A DNA stretch of 64,000 bases from Octopus vulgaris (GCA_951406725.2 OX597817.1:61504001-61568000), one strand, 5' to 3'; shown: positions 1 to 14,986, counted from the stretch's first letter. Made by a program: numbers and translations. The notes: generated by a model from the letters alone, not told the origin.

Positions 1-379
1 TGATGCAATCGCCCACATATTAACTGCTTGGTTTTCATTCCATCCAGCCAATTTTGAGCTCAGCACCAACCTCAGTCTTTGGAAATACTCCATCCTCAGT
101 TGCTCTTTCATTTCCTTTTCTATTATCTCCTTATTATTATTATTATTATTATTTCTAACATTGGCTGGAAGTTCAAAACTAAGGTGTAAAAATATCGTTT
201 CGTTTGTCTTTCTCTCTTACCCAAACACACCTCCAAACTTTATGGTGTAGAAATATCGTTTCGTTCGTCGACGTCTGTTCTTGATTGATGATTGTTTTAT
301 CGATCCGGAAGGAAAGAAAACAAGAAGGAAAACAAGTCAGCCAGAGAGATTTGAACTGAAAATGGCAGGGCATGCAAAC

Positions 380-506
380 CACGTGGTTTCGTTTTCAGAC
401 CCAGTGCGCAGCACCTTGAGCAAGTTCCATCTATTATGAACCGGAAGCTATGAGTGGATTTGGTAGAGGAAGTCTATGTGGAAATTAACCGCGTGTGTGT
501 GTGTGA

Positions 507-539
<33 letters not shown>

Positions 540-585
540 AATGTGTGTGTTTGTGTGTGTGTATATATATATATAAATGTGTGTA

Positions 586-624
<39 letters not shown>

Positions 625-828
625 TGTGGTGTTTCTGCCCACTTTCATTGCTTGACAACCGGTCTCGGTTTGTTTACGTCCCAAGAAAACCAGACCTACA
701 GAAAAAGTTCCAGACATAAAAAGAACAATAAATACTAGGGTCGATTTGTTCAGCTAAACCCTTCAAGGCGGTGCTCCAGCATGGGCACCGTTCAATGAGT
801 GAAACAAGTAAAAGAAGATAAAAGAAAT
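380..828 (+). mobile_element. Degenerate SINE family A copy (tRNA head, CORE-like body, internal microsatellite)
   Basis: Matches better copies at 21161 and 46824: 'caccttgagcaagt', 'gagtggatttggtag', internal (TG/TA)n, tail 'ggcggtgctccagcatgg...tgaaacaagtaaaaga'. Confidence 0.75.
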
Positions 829-880
829 AATATAAACAACACAGATTATTTTAATAGGGCACTGTCACTCGACGGCATTT

Positions 881-1571
881 AACACCACCACTGCCAACAC
901 CACCACCACCAACACTACCACCACCACTACACTCTCTACCACCGCCAACACCACCACCGCCAACACCACCACTGCCAACACCACCGCCAACACCACACAC
1001 CACACTACCACCAACACCACCACTGCCAACACCACTACCACTGCCAACACCACCACTGCCAACACCGCCAACACCAACACTACCACCGCCAACACCACTA
1101 CCACCGCCAACACCACCACTGCCAACACCATCACCACCGCCAACACCAACACTACCACCAACACCACCACCGCCAACACCACTACCACCGCCAACACCAC
1201 CACCGCCAACACCACCACTGCCAACACCCACCACCACCGCCAACACCAACACTACCACCGCCAACACCACTACCACCGCCACACCAACACTACCACCAAC
1301 ACCAACACCACCATCGCCAACACCACCACTGCCAACACCATCACCACCGCCAGCACCAACAATAACACCACCACCACCACCACCACTGCCAGCACACCAC
1401 TGCCAACACCACCACCGCCACCACCAACACCACCGCCACCACCAACACCACCACCACCACCACCACCACCACCACCACCACCACCACCACCACCGCCACC
1501 ACCAACACCACCGCCACCGCCACCACCAACACGCCACCGCCACCGCCGCCGCCGACACGAACACTACCACC
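881..1571. repeat. Degenerate (ACC)n/(CCA)n low-complexity tract
   Basis: About 690 bp of ACC/GCC/AAC/ACT triplet variants. Long ORFs here reflect composition only. Confidence 0.9.
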
Positions 1572-1924
1572 ATGAATGCCACTTTCCACCCACCAGTAAA
1601 TATGTAGGTGAGATCCAACCAGAGTCAAACAGTTGTATGACCCAAGCAGATGCTGTCTTTATCTCAGCACCACGTGATCTGGAATATTACACGACTGAGT
1701 CATCAGATAAAAGTCTTCTTCCTTATAACTTTTGTTTTATACATTCATAAACGAAAGCCAAAGAGAACGAACATTGCAAAAGAGATAACACAAAAAAAAA
1801 AAAACAAGAACACAACACCTACATATAAACACGTTTTACACACACACACACACTCTCTCACACACACAGGTGTATATAAATTTACATACACACATTTACG
1901 TGTCCATACGTGTGATTGTGTGTG

Positions 1925-1991
<67 letters not shown>

Positions 1992-2031
1992 GTATGAATG
2001 TATATGTATGAGTGCATATACAGTAAGACAG

Positions 2032-2069
<38 letters not shown>

Positions 2070-2427
2070 GTGAGTGAGTGAGTGAGTGAGAGAATTCACA
2101 AAAAGTTTTGCTTTTCATTTTTCTACAGAAATATGCATCAAGGCCTCAACCTTACAGATACCCGTTAACCATCGTGGGATCTTTTTTTTTTTTTTCATTC
2201 GCAAAATATACATCTTTTAAAAGGGAGTAAAAAATCTGAAAATCGGTTCTAATAATGTGGGCCTCCCAGTCTCAGTCGTAATCAAAATTCCCAGTTGCAT
2301 CGATATATCAAAATTGAAAGCAATCTGAGCAAAAATAAAGGGGCCTCGTTTTGCGAATGAGAAAAACTAGATCCCCATCATGTGTGAGAGTGTTTTATAT
2401 GTATATATATGTGTGTGTGTGTGTGTG

Positions 2428-2511
<84 letters not shown>

Positions 2512-3260
2512 TTCCTATATATATGTATAGGTTTTTGAATACATACGTATATACATCCACATACACACACACACCTATCAATACACGCACACGCAAACAC
2601 ATATATATATAGCGAGAGAAAGGAAGAAAGAAAGAAAGAGAGAGAGACGCCTGCAGAGGGATATTAAGTAATAAATAGAAATGCATGCAGGAATATCATA
2701 GTGGAGGTGGTGGTGTGGGGGGCGGGCGGGTGTTGGAAGTGTAGAAGCGTATAAAGTGAAGGAATATTACAGCCAGCTGTGCCGGTTGTGAGTGGTGTAG
2801 AAGCGCGTGTTAAAATGGCCGTCTGCTAAAGTTAGAACAAGCATATTTACCAGCGCCAATTAACCTAGTCTTCATAACCTGAGTGCTGCTTCAGATTGAT
2901 ATCAAGGGGTAAATTTGAAATCTTTAATATTCCAGCAGAAACAAAGAGCAACCAAGTAAAATGTAATCTACTTGTCTCTAAATGTAATCTACTCTTACCC
3001 AAACTCACCTCCAAATTTGTGTGTGTGTGTGTGCGTACAGAAAGACAGACTGACAGACATGCAAATTTGTACGAGATTCATACTTTTTAGGCACAGGTAT
3101 GGTTGCATGGTTAAGAAGTCCACTTTGCGACCACCTCGTCTCGGCTTCCGTCCCAATATGTGGCCTCTTGAGCAAGTGTCTTCCACTATAGCCCCGGCCA
3201 CCCAATGTCTTGTGAGTGAATTTGGCGGATGTAAACTGAGAACCTGCTGTGTACATATAC

Positions 3261-3291
<31 letters not shown>

Positions 3292-3550
3292 GTGTGTGTG
3301 TGTGTGTGTGTGTTTAACTTTGCGTTTGTTTATATACTCGTTGTCTTGCAGTTGGCCAGGAGAGACCGATAGGACAATTTCTAGACTTAAAAAATAAGTA
3401 CCAGGGTTTATTTGTTCGACTAAACGCTTTAAGGTGGCGCCCCAAGCACCGCCACACTCCAATGAATGGAACAAGAAACACGAAGTTCTGTTCAACCACA
3501 TATACAAGAAAAACTTAACGTTGCCTTGAAGTGAATCATCAGTAACGAAA

Positions 3551-3609
<59 letters not shown>

Positions 3610-4516
3610 GGAGGGGGTACCCAATAGAAACCGGAATAATGCAATGTTTTTTTTATTCACTTAGTTTCACGTTTACCGTTTTTTCGCCTTCAAAGTATTC
3701 TCCAATTCAAGCAATGCATCGGTCCGGTTGCGTTTTCTACTATTCGAAACGGTGCTGGAACTCTTGCGAAGTGATGCCTTTTAACTCCTCCGTTGGATTT
3801 TTTTTTTTTCACTTCTTCCCCATCAGCAAACTTCGTGGCACCAGCTTTCATCGCCAGCGATGACCTGCAAAAAAGGGTTCGGATCAACTTCCAGCTGTTC
3901 TTTCCGCTCACGTCACGCATTCATTCGTGACTGCTTTTGATCTTCCGTGACCAAGCGAGGCACATATTTTGCTGCAGCTCTTTTCATTCGCAATTCCTCG
4001 ATCAAAATTCATTGGCAGGAACCCCTGGACACACAGTCATATCAACAAGTTCATCAATTGTTCAGTGACGGTCCTCCAAGATCAGTTCATGAATTTTCAT
4101 GATGCTTTCATTCGTTCGGGTGACTGACGGTCACACTGAACGAGGCTGGTCTTCAATCAACAAGGGACAATTCCTAAATTGTGAAAACCACTCGTAAACT
4201 TGTGTTTTGCACCTGATAGCGTCTTTGTAAGCTGTTTGAGGCATGACAAATGTTTCGGGTGCCGTTTTCCCTCGCAGAAAAGAGAATTTCATGGAAGCAC
4301 GTTGTTCCATCGTTTCAGTCTTCGCAAAAATCGACGATCTGGGGAGATGCACTGCAAATCAAAGACGTACCACATGACAGTACGACTTCATCTGACGACT
4401 CCGGTCGGTAGAATGATGGTTGAGGGTTGCATCAAGTGGCTTCTAACGGCGGAAGCCCGAACTACTAAGGGCTTGTCCCACAGAGAACGTTTCCAGTTAC
4501 TTTTGGGTACCCCTCG
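3610..4516 (-). mobile_element. Mariner DNA transposon, internally deleted and decayed
   Basis: Terminal inverted repeats (TIRs) 'ggagggggtacccaatagaaaccggaa' / 'ttccagttacttttgggtacccctcg' with flanking TA. Minus-strand transposase N-terminus MEQRASMKFSFLRGKTAPET...VYEWFSQF...IEDQPRS. Confidence 0.85.
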
Positions 4517-4789
4517 TATACACACACATACACACACACACACACACACACAAATACACACTCAGTTAGGGAGAGTGGGCAAATAATTATAGATGGTAGG
4601 AATTTATTTATATGAGATGTTATATATACATATACCTACTACAAGGTCTTTACATTTGTTTCGGATCTGCGAGTGGCATTCACCACTCATTCCGACGAAT
4701 ATATTCAGCTTGAAGTTATTAACGTGTCATGTTTCATGCGAGTTGATAATATTTTTACTTATTTGCTGTGTATAATTATTGCGCCATTA

Positions 4790-5165
4790 TATCGTCGTCG
4801 TGTATCGTACGCCTACGTCTCATTGATTCTACCCCAATGAAAGTCTTCCCGATTAAGTGCAAGTTCTCCAGCTGCATTGCCGCTCTTATCCAACTAGTGC
4901 GGGATATTGTCCATCCACTGAGTTCTTTGCCTGCCCTTTGGTCGACTATTTTCTACTCTTCCTTCCATGATAATGTCTTCCAGACTTCTGCTTCTTCAAA
5001 TATGGCCATAATAGATGCGCTTTTGCTCCATCATTTTTTCGTTTTTTGTAATGTTCAGGAGTTATCGTCTTTCACCTACTTGTAACACTTATTCATTTGT
5101 CCGTTAGTCCTTACAAGGGACTTGTAACATGTTCCTATAAACCAACATCTCAAACGCATTGATGA
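4790..5165 (-). mobile_element. RTE-clade LINE 3' fragment
   Basis: Minus-strand translation YYGHI*RSRSLEDIIMEGRVENSRPKGRQRTQWMDNI, a typical RTE/BovB C-terminus. Confidence 0.75.
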
Positions 5166-6063
5166 TGTAAGCTTGTTTACATAATATAATATAATTAAAT
5201 CGCCTAGTCGCCGAATGTTTGAAACAGCTGTAAAATCCTATCCTCATCTTTTACTATGAAAAGATATATGTAAGATCTTATACAAATAATTCCTGCTTCT
5301 CGTCTGTCTTTTGTCTATTCATTACTCGCTCAAGCTACGGATTTCTCGCTAATTCATGTTCTGCTGGATTACTTTGCCTTGAATACGAAAATGGAATTTA
5401 GGAAATTAAAAAGTCTAAGCACTATCTTAGCTTACACTAGCGTTATATATATGTGTGTGTGTGCGTGTATATATATACATACACGCACACTCTACATATA
5501 TACATACACACATATATACATATACATTTATACATATGTGTGTGTGTATGTATTTATGTAGGTGTATAAGAATATCTAATTATATTTATAGATATGTATA
5601 CATAAATATTTATATTTGAGTCAGTGTATATATATTTGGGAAACATTATATAGTCTAACCCTTTAATTAATTCGTTATACGTAAAACTGTAAACAAAATT
5701 TCGGGTTAAAACGAGTTAACGGTAGATCGTGTTCAGCAACTTGAGAATTTCATGTTGGATTCTAATTGGAAACATATTTACATGGATAATCTTTTTATCT
5801 TTTATCTTTTACTTGTTACAGTCAGTGGATTGTGGTCATGCTGGAGCACCACCTTGGATGGTTGAGCCGAACAAATTGACCCCAGGGCTTACATTTTTTT
5901 TAAGTGTGGTACTTATTTTACTGGTCACTTTTACCGAACCGTTTAATTACGGGAACATAAACAAACCAACACTGGTTATCGAATAGTGGGTTGGGGTACA
6001 AACACAAAAACAGGCACATGTATGTGTGGATGTATATATAAATATGTAAGTGTATACGTATGC

Positions 6064-6094
<31 letters not shown>

Positions 6095-6329
6095 TGTATG
6101 TATGTATGTATGTATGTATTATGTATGTATGTATTAAGTATGTATGTATGTATGTATGTATGTATGTATGTATGTATGTATGTATGTATGTATGTATGTA
6201 TGCATGCATGCATGTATGTATGAATTAATGATTTTTCTTTGAGTTTCATTTAAGTTCTTCTTGGGGGAGTTCAAACCGGTTGCTAACGGAGTAACAATTT
6301 TTTTGAGTTAAGAAAGTTACCGCTGTTTA

Positions 6330-6660
6330 TAAATATGTGGTTGAGTTGGTGTGTTGGTTGAGCTATCAATTAGTTATGGTGGGTAATTCCCGCGGATGAG
6401 TGTATCCTTTAGCTCATGTTGTCGTGTGTCCCTGGTGCTTGTATGAGATACTATAGTACAAATACATTTTGCCAGGTTGGAAAGGATATTCATTCTAGTG
6501 TGTCTGGGATGTCAAGAATCGAATGGTAGATATTGCTTAGAGTCCGTGGGCTTCTAGTAGATGTCTGTTTCTACTTTGTTGTTGGATTTCCCAATGAGTA
6601 TGTCGAAGAATGGAAATTATGTTGGTATCTCTTTATGGGAGTGGGTGTCTATCTTGCGGG
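6330..6660 (-). mobile_element. Penelope-like (Neptune-type) RT thumb fragment, decayed
   Basis: Minus strand reads KPTDSKQYLPFDS*HPRHTRMNI...LAKCICTIVSHTSTRDTRQHELKDT, homologous to the ORF at 60910-62067. Confidence 0.85.
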
Positions 6661-7996
6661 TAGTGATTTCTTATTGTCTGTTTGATGTTGGGATACCTCC
6701 GATTTTGTTTTGCTGGTGGGTTATGAAGTGAGGGTTAGATCTTGTATTCCTTTTATGACAGGGGAAATGGTTCCGTTTTTAGATAGGTGTGAACCTGTGT
6801 TTGAGTTTTGCTCTGGTTTTCTTATTTTTAGGAAAGGGTTGCTGGAAGCATATTCCAAATTTAAATAATTGATTTATTATGTCTCTCACTGGAATACTCG
6901 GATATTCCCCCCGAATCCTTAGCTCAACTCATATAAATACCCAGCCCGCGAATTACTACCTGTCTAAACAACCATTAATATTAGCATCTACCTCTATTAC
7001 ACCTGCTTTTAGCATAACTTTATTAAAAAAATCACCTCCAATTAACACCTTTGTACCACACCACGAGTAACTTTCTACCAACGTTTCAGTTTACACAATC
7101 GACAACTTTCATAACCGTTTGACCATCATTCGAGCATTTGAAGAGACACGCTTGGCCATATTTATATCGGTTTCACTATTATTCAACAACTATTTTTCAT
7201 TAATAACAATATTAACACATCATTAACTACAAAATGATGCCTGATGTGCACACATATTTTTATATTTATATATTTTATATCTTTATACTTTTATTTTTAC
7301 ATATATATTCATGTAGATTATTTAATTTAACTATTATTTATACATTTATATATTACGACTCCATTACACCTATATTTAGTATCATTTTATACCAATCACC
7401 CTAAATAACTAACATATTTTACACACCAGGTGTAACCTCCTACCGATGTTTGAGCAAACACAATTGCTAACTTTTATAATTATTTGACTTTTATTCTAAC
7501 CTTATGAATAGACACAGTAGCACCTGCATTAGTTTAACTATTATTCACACAACTACCTTTAATTAATAACCATATTAGCATATCGTTAACAACAAAGCAA
7601 CACCTGATATGCACTCACATTTTTATATTTATATATTTTAGAAATTTACTCTTTTAATATAATTGCATGTATGTGTGCATTTACATGAATATGCATGTGA
7701 CAGTGTGTGATAAGTTGCTAGTACAGACATATGTGTGTGTACACGTATGGGCACATGTGAGTATATGTGTATATGTATGCATACATGTACAGATATATAT
7801 GCAGGTGCATTTAAGAATGTGAATATTTCGTGTGTGCTATAATCTATGCATATTTGTACACATATATGTATATGCATATATTTTTGAACCTATATATATG
7901 TATGAGTTTATATGTATATATATTTGTATATATATTTATATATGTATGCGTGTACATACATGAATACACGTATGTATGTATATATATATATACATA

Positions 7997-9246
7997 TTGG
8001 ACAAAAAAATGGAAACACCTTAAAATTTCAAATAAATTTATTTTAATAGGGAGTAGGACCGCCTTTGGCTGTAATTACAGCTTGAATTCTACGAGGTATG
8101 GACTCGTACAAAGTTTGAATTGTTTCCAAACGAATTTTTGTCCCTTCTTCAGCTAAAACAGTCTCCAGTTCTTGAAGTGATGATGATATCGACTCCTTAC
8201 TTGTTTTCCTAAAATGCACCATAAATGTTCAATAATATAGAGATCTGGGGACTGTGGTGGCCAGATAAGATGTTCAATTTCACTAGAATGTTCCTCATGC
8301 CATTCAGTAACAACTTTAGCAGTGTGAATTGGTGCATTATCATCCTGAAAGATTGCGTTTCCCTCCAGAAACAGTTCCGCAACCACAGGATGAATTTGAT
8401 CAGATAAAATGCTTAAATAGTCTCTTTATTCTGCCATGAAGGGAAATCATTGGGCCGGCAGATTACCAATATATAGTACCCAGATCATCACAGATCCTCC
8501 TCCATGTTCAACAATTGGAAGAAGGCAGTGTGGATCAGACGCTTCTTTTGGCTGTCTCCATACATATACTCGGCTGGTGGTTGGAAATGAGGTAAAGGAT
8601 GACTCGTCTGATAAAATAACATTCTTCCACTGCTCCAGGGACCAAATCTGTAGGTTTTTACTCCACTCTAAATGCTTTGCAATGTTTGTTTTTGGAAGTA
8701 GTGGTTTTTTTATTGTGTCCCTCCTGTGAAATATGGCTTTGTGCAGCTCCCGGGAACAGTTTTTGTGGAAACTGGGTTCTCTGGGTAGTCATTAAGCTTT
8801 GCAGTAATTAGGGACCTGTACTTATGTGATCCTTTCTAACAATTTGCATAAGAAACCGACGGTCCCTATCTGAAAGTTTTGGTTTTCTTCTGAAGTTTTG
8901 TTTCGATGAGGAGGTTTTTCCCTTTTTCTCAAAGGCTGTCATTACTTTCAAGACAATACTTCTTGACACACCAAACATTTCAACTGTTTTTGTTATGCTA
9001 GCACCTGCCATACGAGTACCAACAATTTGACCTCTTTGAAAGTCCAATAGATCTGTCATGTTAATGAATTTTAATTACCTTTTTCTGATGATATCTGAAA
9101 AGAAACAGCAATTTTAGCAAAAGATATTAAGCAACACTAATAATAAATCAAAAAACAAAAATAAACAAGATTTTGATGGTTTTATTGATATTTCAAAATT
9201 ATGATGCTATGATGCTAGGTGTTTCCATTATTTTGTCCAACCCCTG
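7997..9246 (-). mobile_element. Tc1 transposon, near full length, pseudogenised
   Basis: TIRs 'ttggacaaaa(a/t)aatggaaacacc'. Transposase pieces MTDLLDFQRGQIVG..., FQDDNAPIH, WPPQSPDLYIIEHLW. Same family as 26963-28217. Confidence 0.95.
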
Positions 9247-9629
9247 TATATATATATATAGACATTACATATATGTTTATGCGTATATGTGTGTGTGTAC
9301 AGATTAAAACAAGTATAAATAATACTTCCCGAGTCCTATAGACTCATAAGGGCCGGTTTCTCCGGTGCATATATTCCCAACCGGAGGGTCCGTCGCAGGA
9401 TTACTCATTTTTTCCTGCTGGGTGGAACGGAGCAACGTGGAATGAAATGTTCTACTCAAGAACGCACCCCCTACTCCAAGAAGCGAAGCCACAATCTTAC
9501 GCTCATGAATTCATCACCTTCACCACTAAGTCACGCACCTTCATGTGTGTGTGTGTGTGTGTGTCTGGCTGTCTGTCTGCCTGACTGTCTGTCTGTTGTC
9601 TGTCTGTGCGTGCGCGAAAACAGCAAGTA

Positions 9630-10300
9630 AAATAGGTGCCATTAATGGTGCCATAGCTGAAAGGACTGTTTGTAGATAGAAATTTTGATTTGGAAGACCG
9701 TGAAAGTTGCAGGAGCCCTAGAATCGTTGACGATGACCGAATCGAAACGTCAATCAAAAGTAATCGAGCCCACACAACACGAGATATCACAAGAGATCCT
9801 CCGCTTGTCTCATGACAGTTTTAAGGCATTTAAAAGCAGCGAGATACACGAACAGCCATATTCTTAGCATGTTTCGAATTTTAAAGGAAAAAAAACATTA
9901 TGGGCAGCATTTCCATCTGCGATTCTCTACACAAACTCAACAAAAGCGACCCATTTTTAAAAGAACGGTGACAGGTGACGGAAACTGGATTCTTTACAAC
10001 AATGTAGAGCGAAAAAGATTCAGGGAAAAACGAAATGAACGACCTTTAATCCCTCCAAAAACCGGTCAGTAACCAAACAAGGTGAATCTATGTATTTGGT
10101 GAGATTGGAAAGGCGTTGTGTATTACGGGATTGTTCTGCAAAACAGACGTTGAATTCAGACAGTTGTACTTAGAACGATTAAAGGAAACAATCAATGAAT
10201 AATGTCCAGAATTTGTCCATCACAAGGGTGTCATTTTCCTTCAGGATAATTCTCGATTTCATGTTTCTTTACAGACCCAGCAGAAATTGATACATGCGGT
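9630..10300 (+). mobile_element. Mariner transposase remnant
   Basis: RTVTGDGNWILYNNVERK (first catalytic D motif), KVNLCIW*DWKGVVYY and an LQDNSR-like second motif, with many stops. Confidence 0.8.
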
Positions 10301-10383
10301 TGAATATAGGTAAGTACAAACATCTAAATATTAATTTTTGACATTTACGTAAAAAAACCGTATTATGTACTTTGGTTCCCACC

Positions 10384-10486
10384 TATATATATATGTGTGT
10401 GTGTGTGTATTTGTACTTTGGTACTTTGGTTCCAACCCAATATATATATATATATATTGGGTTGGAACCAAAGTACCAAAGTACAA

Positions 10487-10530
<44 letters not shown>
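10384..10530. repeat. Perfect palindrome centred on (TA)n
   Basis: Unique arms 10407-10440 'gtatttgtactttggtactttggttccaacccaa' and 10457-10490 are exact reverse complements, extended outward by (TG)n/(CA)n and (TA)n. Confidence 0.95.
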
Positions 10531-10557
<27 letters not shown>

Positions 10558-10942
10558 AGAGAGATAGACAGACAAACGACAAAGTCTCTTAATAGAGGCA
10601 GAACAATATGTTGCTGCAATTATCTGCTGCTGCTGCTGCTGCTGCTGCTGCACCCCTCCCCCCTCTCATTAGCCTCCCATCTGGCTTTAATCATAAATAT
10701 GGCTGCTGCTGCGTCCATTTGCGTATGTACTTCTATATAAGACTATGTTTTGTTTTCTTATTTGTGTGTTTGTGTGTCGTTCAATATGTTACTTGATGAG
10801 TGTCAGGTTGTGGAGGGAAAGACGTCAAATAAAGATATCAACGGATGTTGCTTGTTGACGACATATTTATCATCTGAAATTGCTCTGAATTTGACTTTGT
10901 CACTTACGCTTCTTATATTCACTTTTTCTCATACTCGCTCAC

Positions 10943-11008
<66 letters not shown>

Positions 11009-11103
11009 TTCTCTCCTCCTCCTCCTCCTCTCTATGGTTGTTGTGCCTGTATACCTATGCATCTGTATGTTTAAGTATACAAGGCTGTCTAAATACATGT
11101 CTC

Positions 11104-11177
<74 letters not shown>

Positions 11178-12008
11178 CACACATGCATAGATATAGATAT
11201 GGATATAGCGAGAGAGAGGGCGACACACACACACATATATATTCTCTCTCTGTCTCTTTCATTCCCTGTCCCCCTCCCTATCTCTCTAAACATATCTGCC
11301 TTTATCTCTTCCTTTCTCTTTTTCTCATCTTCTCTCACCCCCTTATTATCTCCTTGTCATGCTGTCATATTTCTTGATATCTTTTTTATTTTTTTTCTAA
11401 CCATATTTCTATCTAGTTATCCATGTGTGTAAGGCGGTGAGCTGGCAGAATCATTAGCACGACGGTCAAAATGCTTAGCTGCATTTCGTCCGTCTTTAAG
11501 GTCGATTTTGCCCGTCATTCTTTCGGGGTCAATAAACTAAGTACCAATTGTACGCTGCGGTTCTCTCACCCGAAATTGCTGGCCTTGTATCAGAATTTGA
11601 AACCGATATTAGTGATTGGCTCTCACTCGCCCATCGCCCGCTCAGAACAAATATAGGAGCTGAAGCATGAAGCAGCGATAAGAAACAAACCTTATGTTAG
11701 GTCGGATATTTTACTTATATATGTTTGTGTGTCTGTGTTTGTCTCCCCACCCCACCCCATCATCACTTCACAACCGAAGTTGGTGTGTTTACGTCCCAGT
11801 AACTTAGCGGTTCGGCAAAAGATACCGATAGAATAAGTACTATGCTTACAAAGAATAATTCCTGGAGTCGATTTGTTCGACTAAAGGCGGTGCTCTAAGA
11901 TGGCCACAGTCAAATGACTGAAACAAGCAAAAGTAATTTTTTGCCCTCGGTAAACTGCAGCGAAATTGCCTTTGGAAGTCAAACTATGTCTTAAACGTAT
12001 TTGGCCTA

Positions 12009-13665
12009 CGAGGATGGGCTTAAAAGGTCACAGGCTGGCTATGAAGGAGTGGTGCTAGAGCTGTGAACTTTTGCATGCATTTTTCTTAATTGCTGCATTG
12101 TTTCTGACATCTGCCTCTTCAGAGAAGACTACAAAAGTAACTAGTTGCGATTTCTTTTGCAAATGGACAAAATTTAGCATCGTAGTGTTATCAAGTACCT
12201 GCAGAAAAGGGGCTGACCCCATCAAGGGCATTCATGTTGATACGGCTGCCACATTGGGCGATGATGCTCCAGCTTTATCAACAGTGCGTAGGAGTGGCTG
12301 TGCGGTAAGTAGTTTACTTACGAAACACATGGTTCCGGGTTCAGTCCCACTGCGTGGCACCTTAGGCAAGTGTCTTCTACTATAGCCTCGGGCCGACCAA
12401 AGCCTTCTGAGTGGATTTGGTAGACGGAAACTGAAAGAAGCCCGTCGTATATATGTATATATGTATGTTTTTGTGTGCCTGTGTTTGTCCCCGCCCCCAA
12501 CATCGCTTGACAACTGATGCTGGTGTGTTTACGTCCTCGTAACTTAGCGGTTCGGCAAAAGATACCGGTAGAATAAGTACTAGGCTTCCAAAGAATAAGT
12601 ACTGGGGTCGATTTGCTCGACTAAAGGCGGTGCTCCAGCATGGCCACAGTAAAATGACTGAAACAAGTGACAGAGTGCAAAAGGGGTCAGCTGAATTTAG
12701 GTAAGCAAGGGATAGTCTTGAAGATGACCTATAGTCTGGATGTCCCGAAACTTCCACCTCTGGTGAAAACATTAATCGTGTCCACCATATTGTGATGGAT
12801 CACAGGTTATTGACTATAAATGAAATAGTGAATGCAATTAGAATATCCCGTGAGAGAGTTGAGAATATTCTTTACAGTGAACTTGGCATGACAAAGGTTT
12901 CTGCTCGGTGGTTACCACGTCTGGATGACACCTGATCGGTGGTTTCTGTTCGGTGGGTGCCTTGGTGAATGACACCTGATCAAAAAACGCACCGGGCTGA
13001 TCATATCCCTACAAAATCTTACATTGTTTGAGGCAGACCCAGCTAGTTTCTTTGAACGTTTCCTCACTCAGGATGAGTGGTGTATTCATTACTTTGAGTC
13101 ACCTGTTCCAAAGAAGGCCAAGGTCATTTCCTCTGCAGAAAAGGTGATGGCCCCACTTTCGGGGGATGCAAAAAGCACTGTGTTTGACTATCTTAAAAAG
13201 GGCTACACCATCAATGGAGAGTACTATGCCAGCTTGTTGAGGCAGTTACGAAAGATTATCAAGACCAAAACGCCCAGGAAAACTGACGAACGGGGTCTTG
13301 TTTCATGAAGTCAATGGTCCAACACAGACGTCCCTGGTTTCAATAATTGCTGTGGCTTTAAACTGGTTGACCACCAACCCTATTCTCCTAATTTGGCCCC
13401 ATCTGACTGTCATTTGTTCCCCAATATGAAAAATAAAACTCTTGGCTGGGAACCAGTACCGCAGTGATGAAGACATCATATCTGTTGTTGATGACGCTTT
13501 TGACTAACAGGATGAGAGCTTCTTCCCCAATAGGATCCAAGCACAGCAGCACTGATGGATGAAGTGTGTGGACTGCAAAGGGATTATGTTGAAAAAAAAA
13601 AACTCATTTTGTCACATTCCATGAGAGTATCTTGGTCAGCTTATGAACTTTTCAGCTGACCCTCG
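12009..13665 (+). mobile_element. Mariner transposon (decayed) interrupted by a SINE
   Basis: TA-flanked TIRs 'cgaggatgggcttaaaaggtca' / 'tgaacttttcagctgaccctcg'. Motifs KVSARWLPR, FLTQDEWCIHYF and PYSPNLAPSD. Confidence 0.9.
12285..12670 (+). mobile_element. SINE family A, full length, nested in mariner
   Basis: A-box/B-box head 'ggagtggctgtgcggtaag...ggttcagtccc', body and tail. The mariner sequence resumes after it. Confidence 0.9.
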
Positions 13666-14528
13666 TAACCACACGTTTGTAAATATTGACATTATCTGGA
13701 AAAAGTAAACAATTATAGCACGAAAGACATATATTAGTAATTAACTAACATCCAAAGACTGAGGTGCAGTGAAACTTTGTCACAGTTTGGTGCAACGAAA
13801 ATTTTAACACGAAAGAATAAATGTTTGTGTGAAATTAACAGCCTTTGTGTGTTTTTGACCGGTTAAGAAAGATCTTTCAGGCTGTAATTGTTTTCGTTTC
13901 AACATAAGAGTGTCAGCTCCAATCACTCGCCAGACAAGTAGATCTCCGTTAAAGAGAAGCTGTTAGATGAGAAGGTTACGAAGAGAGAAATATGGCAGAT
14001 AGACTGATAAAGCGAAGCAAATAGTAAGGGAGATGGATAGGCATGCTTGTCAGGGAGACAGCTGCAGAAAGGGGGGAAAAAAAGCGGGGGACGCTTTGGA
14101 GCAAAGTCGGTTCCCATGGATAAACTGACCTATTTGTAGCTGTACCATATGACAAGTTCTGCGAAATCATCACGTAGCTCACACACACACACAATATCTC
14201 GTCCATCAAAAGCTGCTTTTACAAAATGGATCTAATGTGGGTGACGGCAGAGGTGATGATAGTTCTGAGAAGTAAAAGCTAGCAGTGAGGTGGAGTATGA
14301 GGAGATTCAGCAGCCAAGCAACAACAACAACAACAACAGTTGAATGTCTGTAATGTAAAGTAATAAAACGGAGATGAAACGGAAAAAAGATCGGTCGAGT
14401 TTGAGAGAAGCAGAAAGTGTATGAGCGCAGAAGAAACAATTGATATAAGTAAAGCAAGAGGCAGAAACGAGACGTTAGTAAGCAGACCCAGTACACAAGA
14501 AGTCATAGTTCTATATGTAAACATACAC

Positions 14529-14561
<33 letters not shown>

Positions 14562-14564
14562 CTC

Positions 14565-14890
14565 TTTTACTTGTTTCAGTCATTTGACTGTGGCCATGCT
14601 AGAGCACCCCCTTTAGTCGAGCAAACCTACCCCAGTACTTATTCTTTGGAAGCCTAGTACTTATTCTATCGGTCTCTTTTGCCGAACCGCTACTTTACGG
14701 GGACGTAAACACACCAGTATCGGTTGTCAAGCGATGTTGGGGAACAAACTCAGAGACACAAACACATACACACACACACACACTCACACATACATATACA
14801 CATATATACGACGGGTTTCTTTCAGTTTCCGTCTACCAAATCCATGTGTTTCGTAAGCAAGCTACTTACCACACAGCAACTCCTACGCTT
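14565..14890 (-). mobile_element. SINE family A with internal deletion
   Basis: Reverse complement of the family A head and tail. Confidence 0.85.
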
Positions 14891-14913
14891 ATGTATATAT
14901 AAATATATATATG

Positions 14914-14986
<73 letters not shown>

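Noticed and set aside
851-1750. Gly/Val/Trp-rich ORF (-) or Thr/Pro/His-rich mucin-like frame (+) with possible splice sites
   Set aside because: Degenerate ACC repeats are stop-free by composition, and the amino-acid pattern shifts frame repeatedly. An exon cannot be supported without transcript data.
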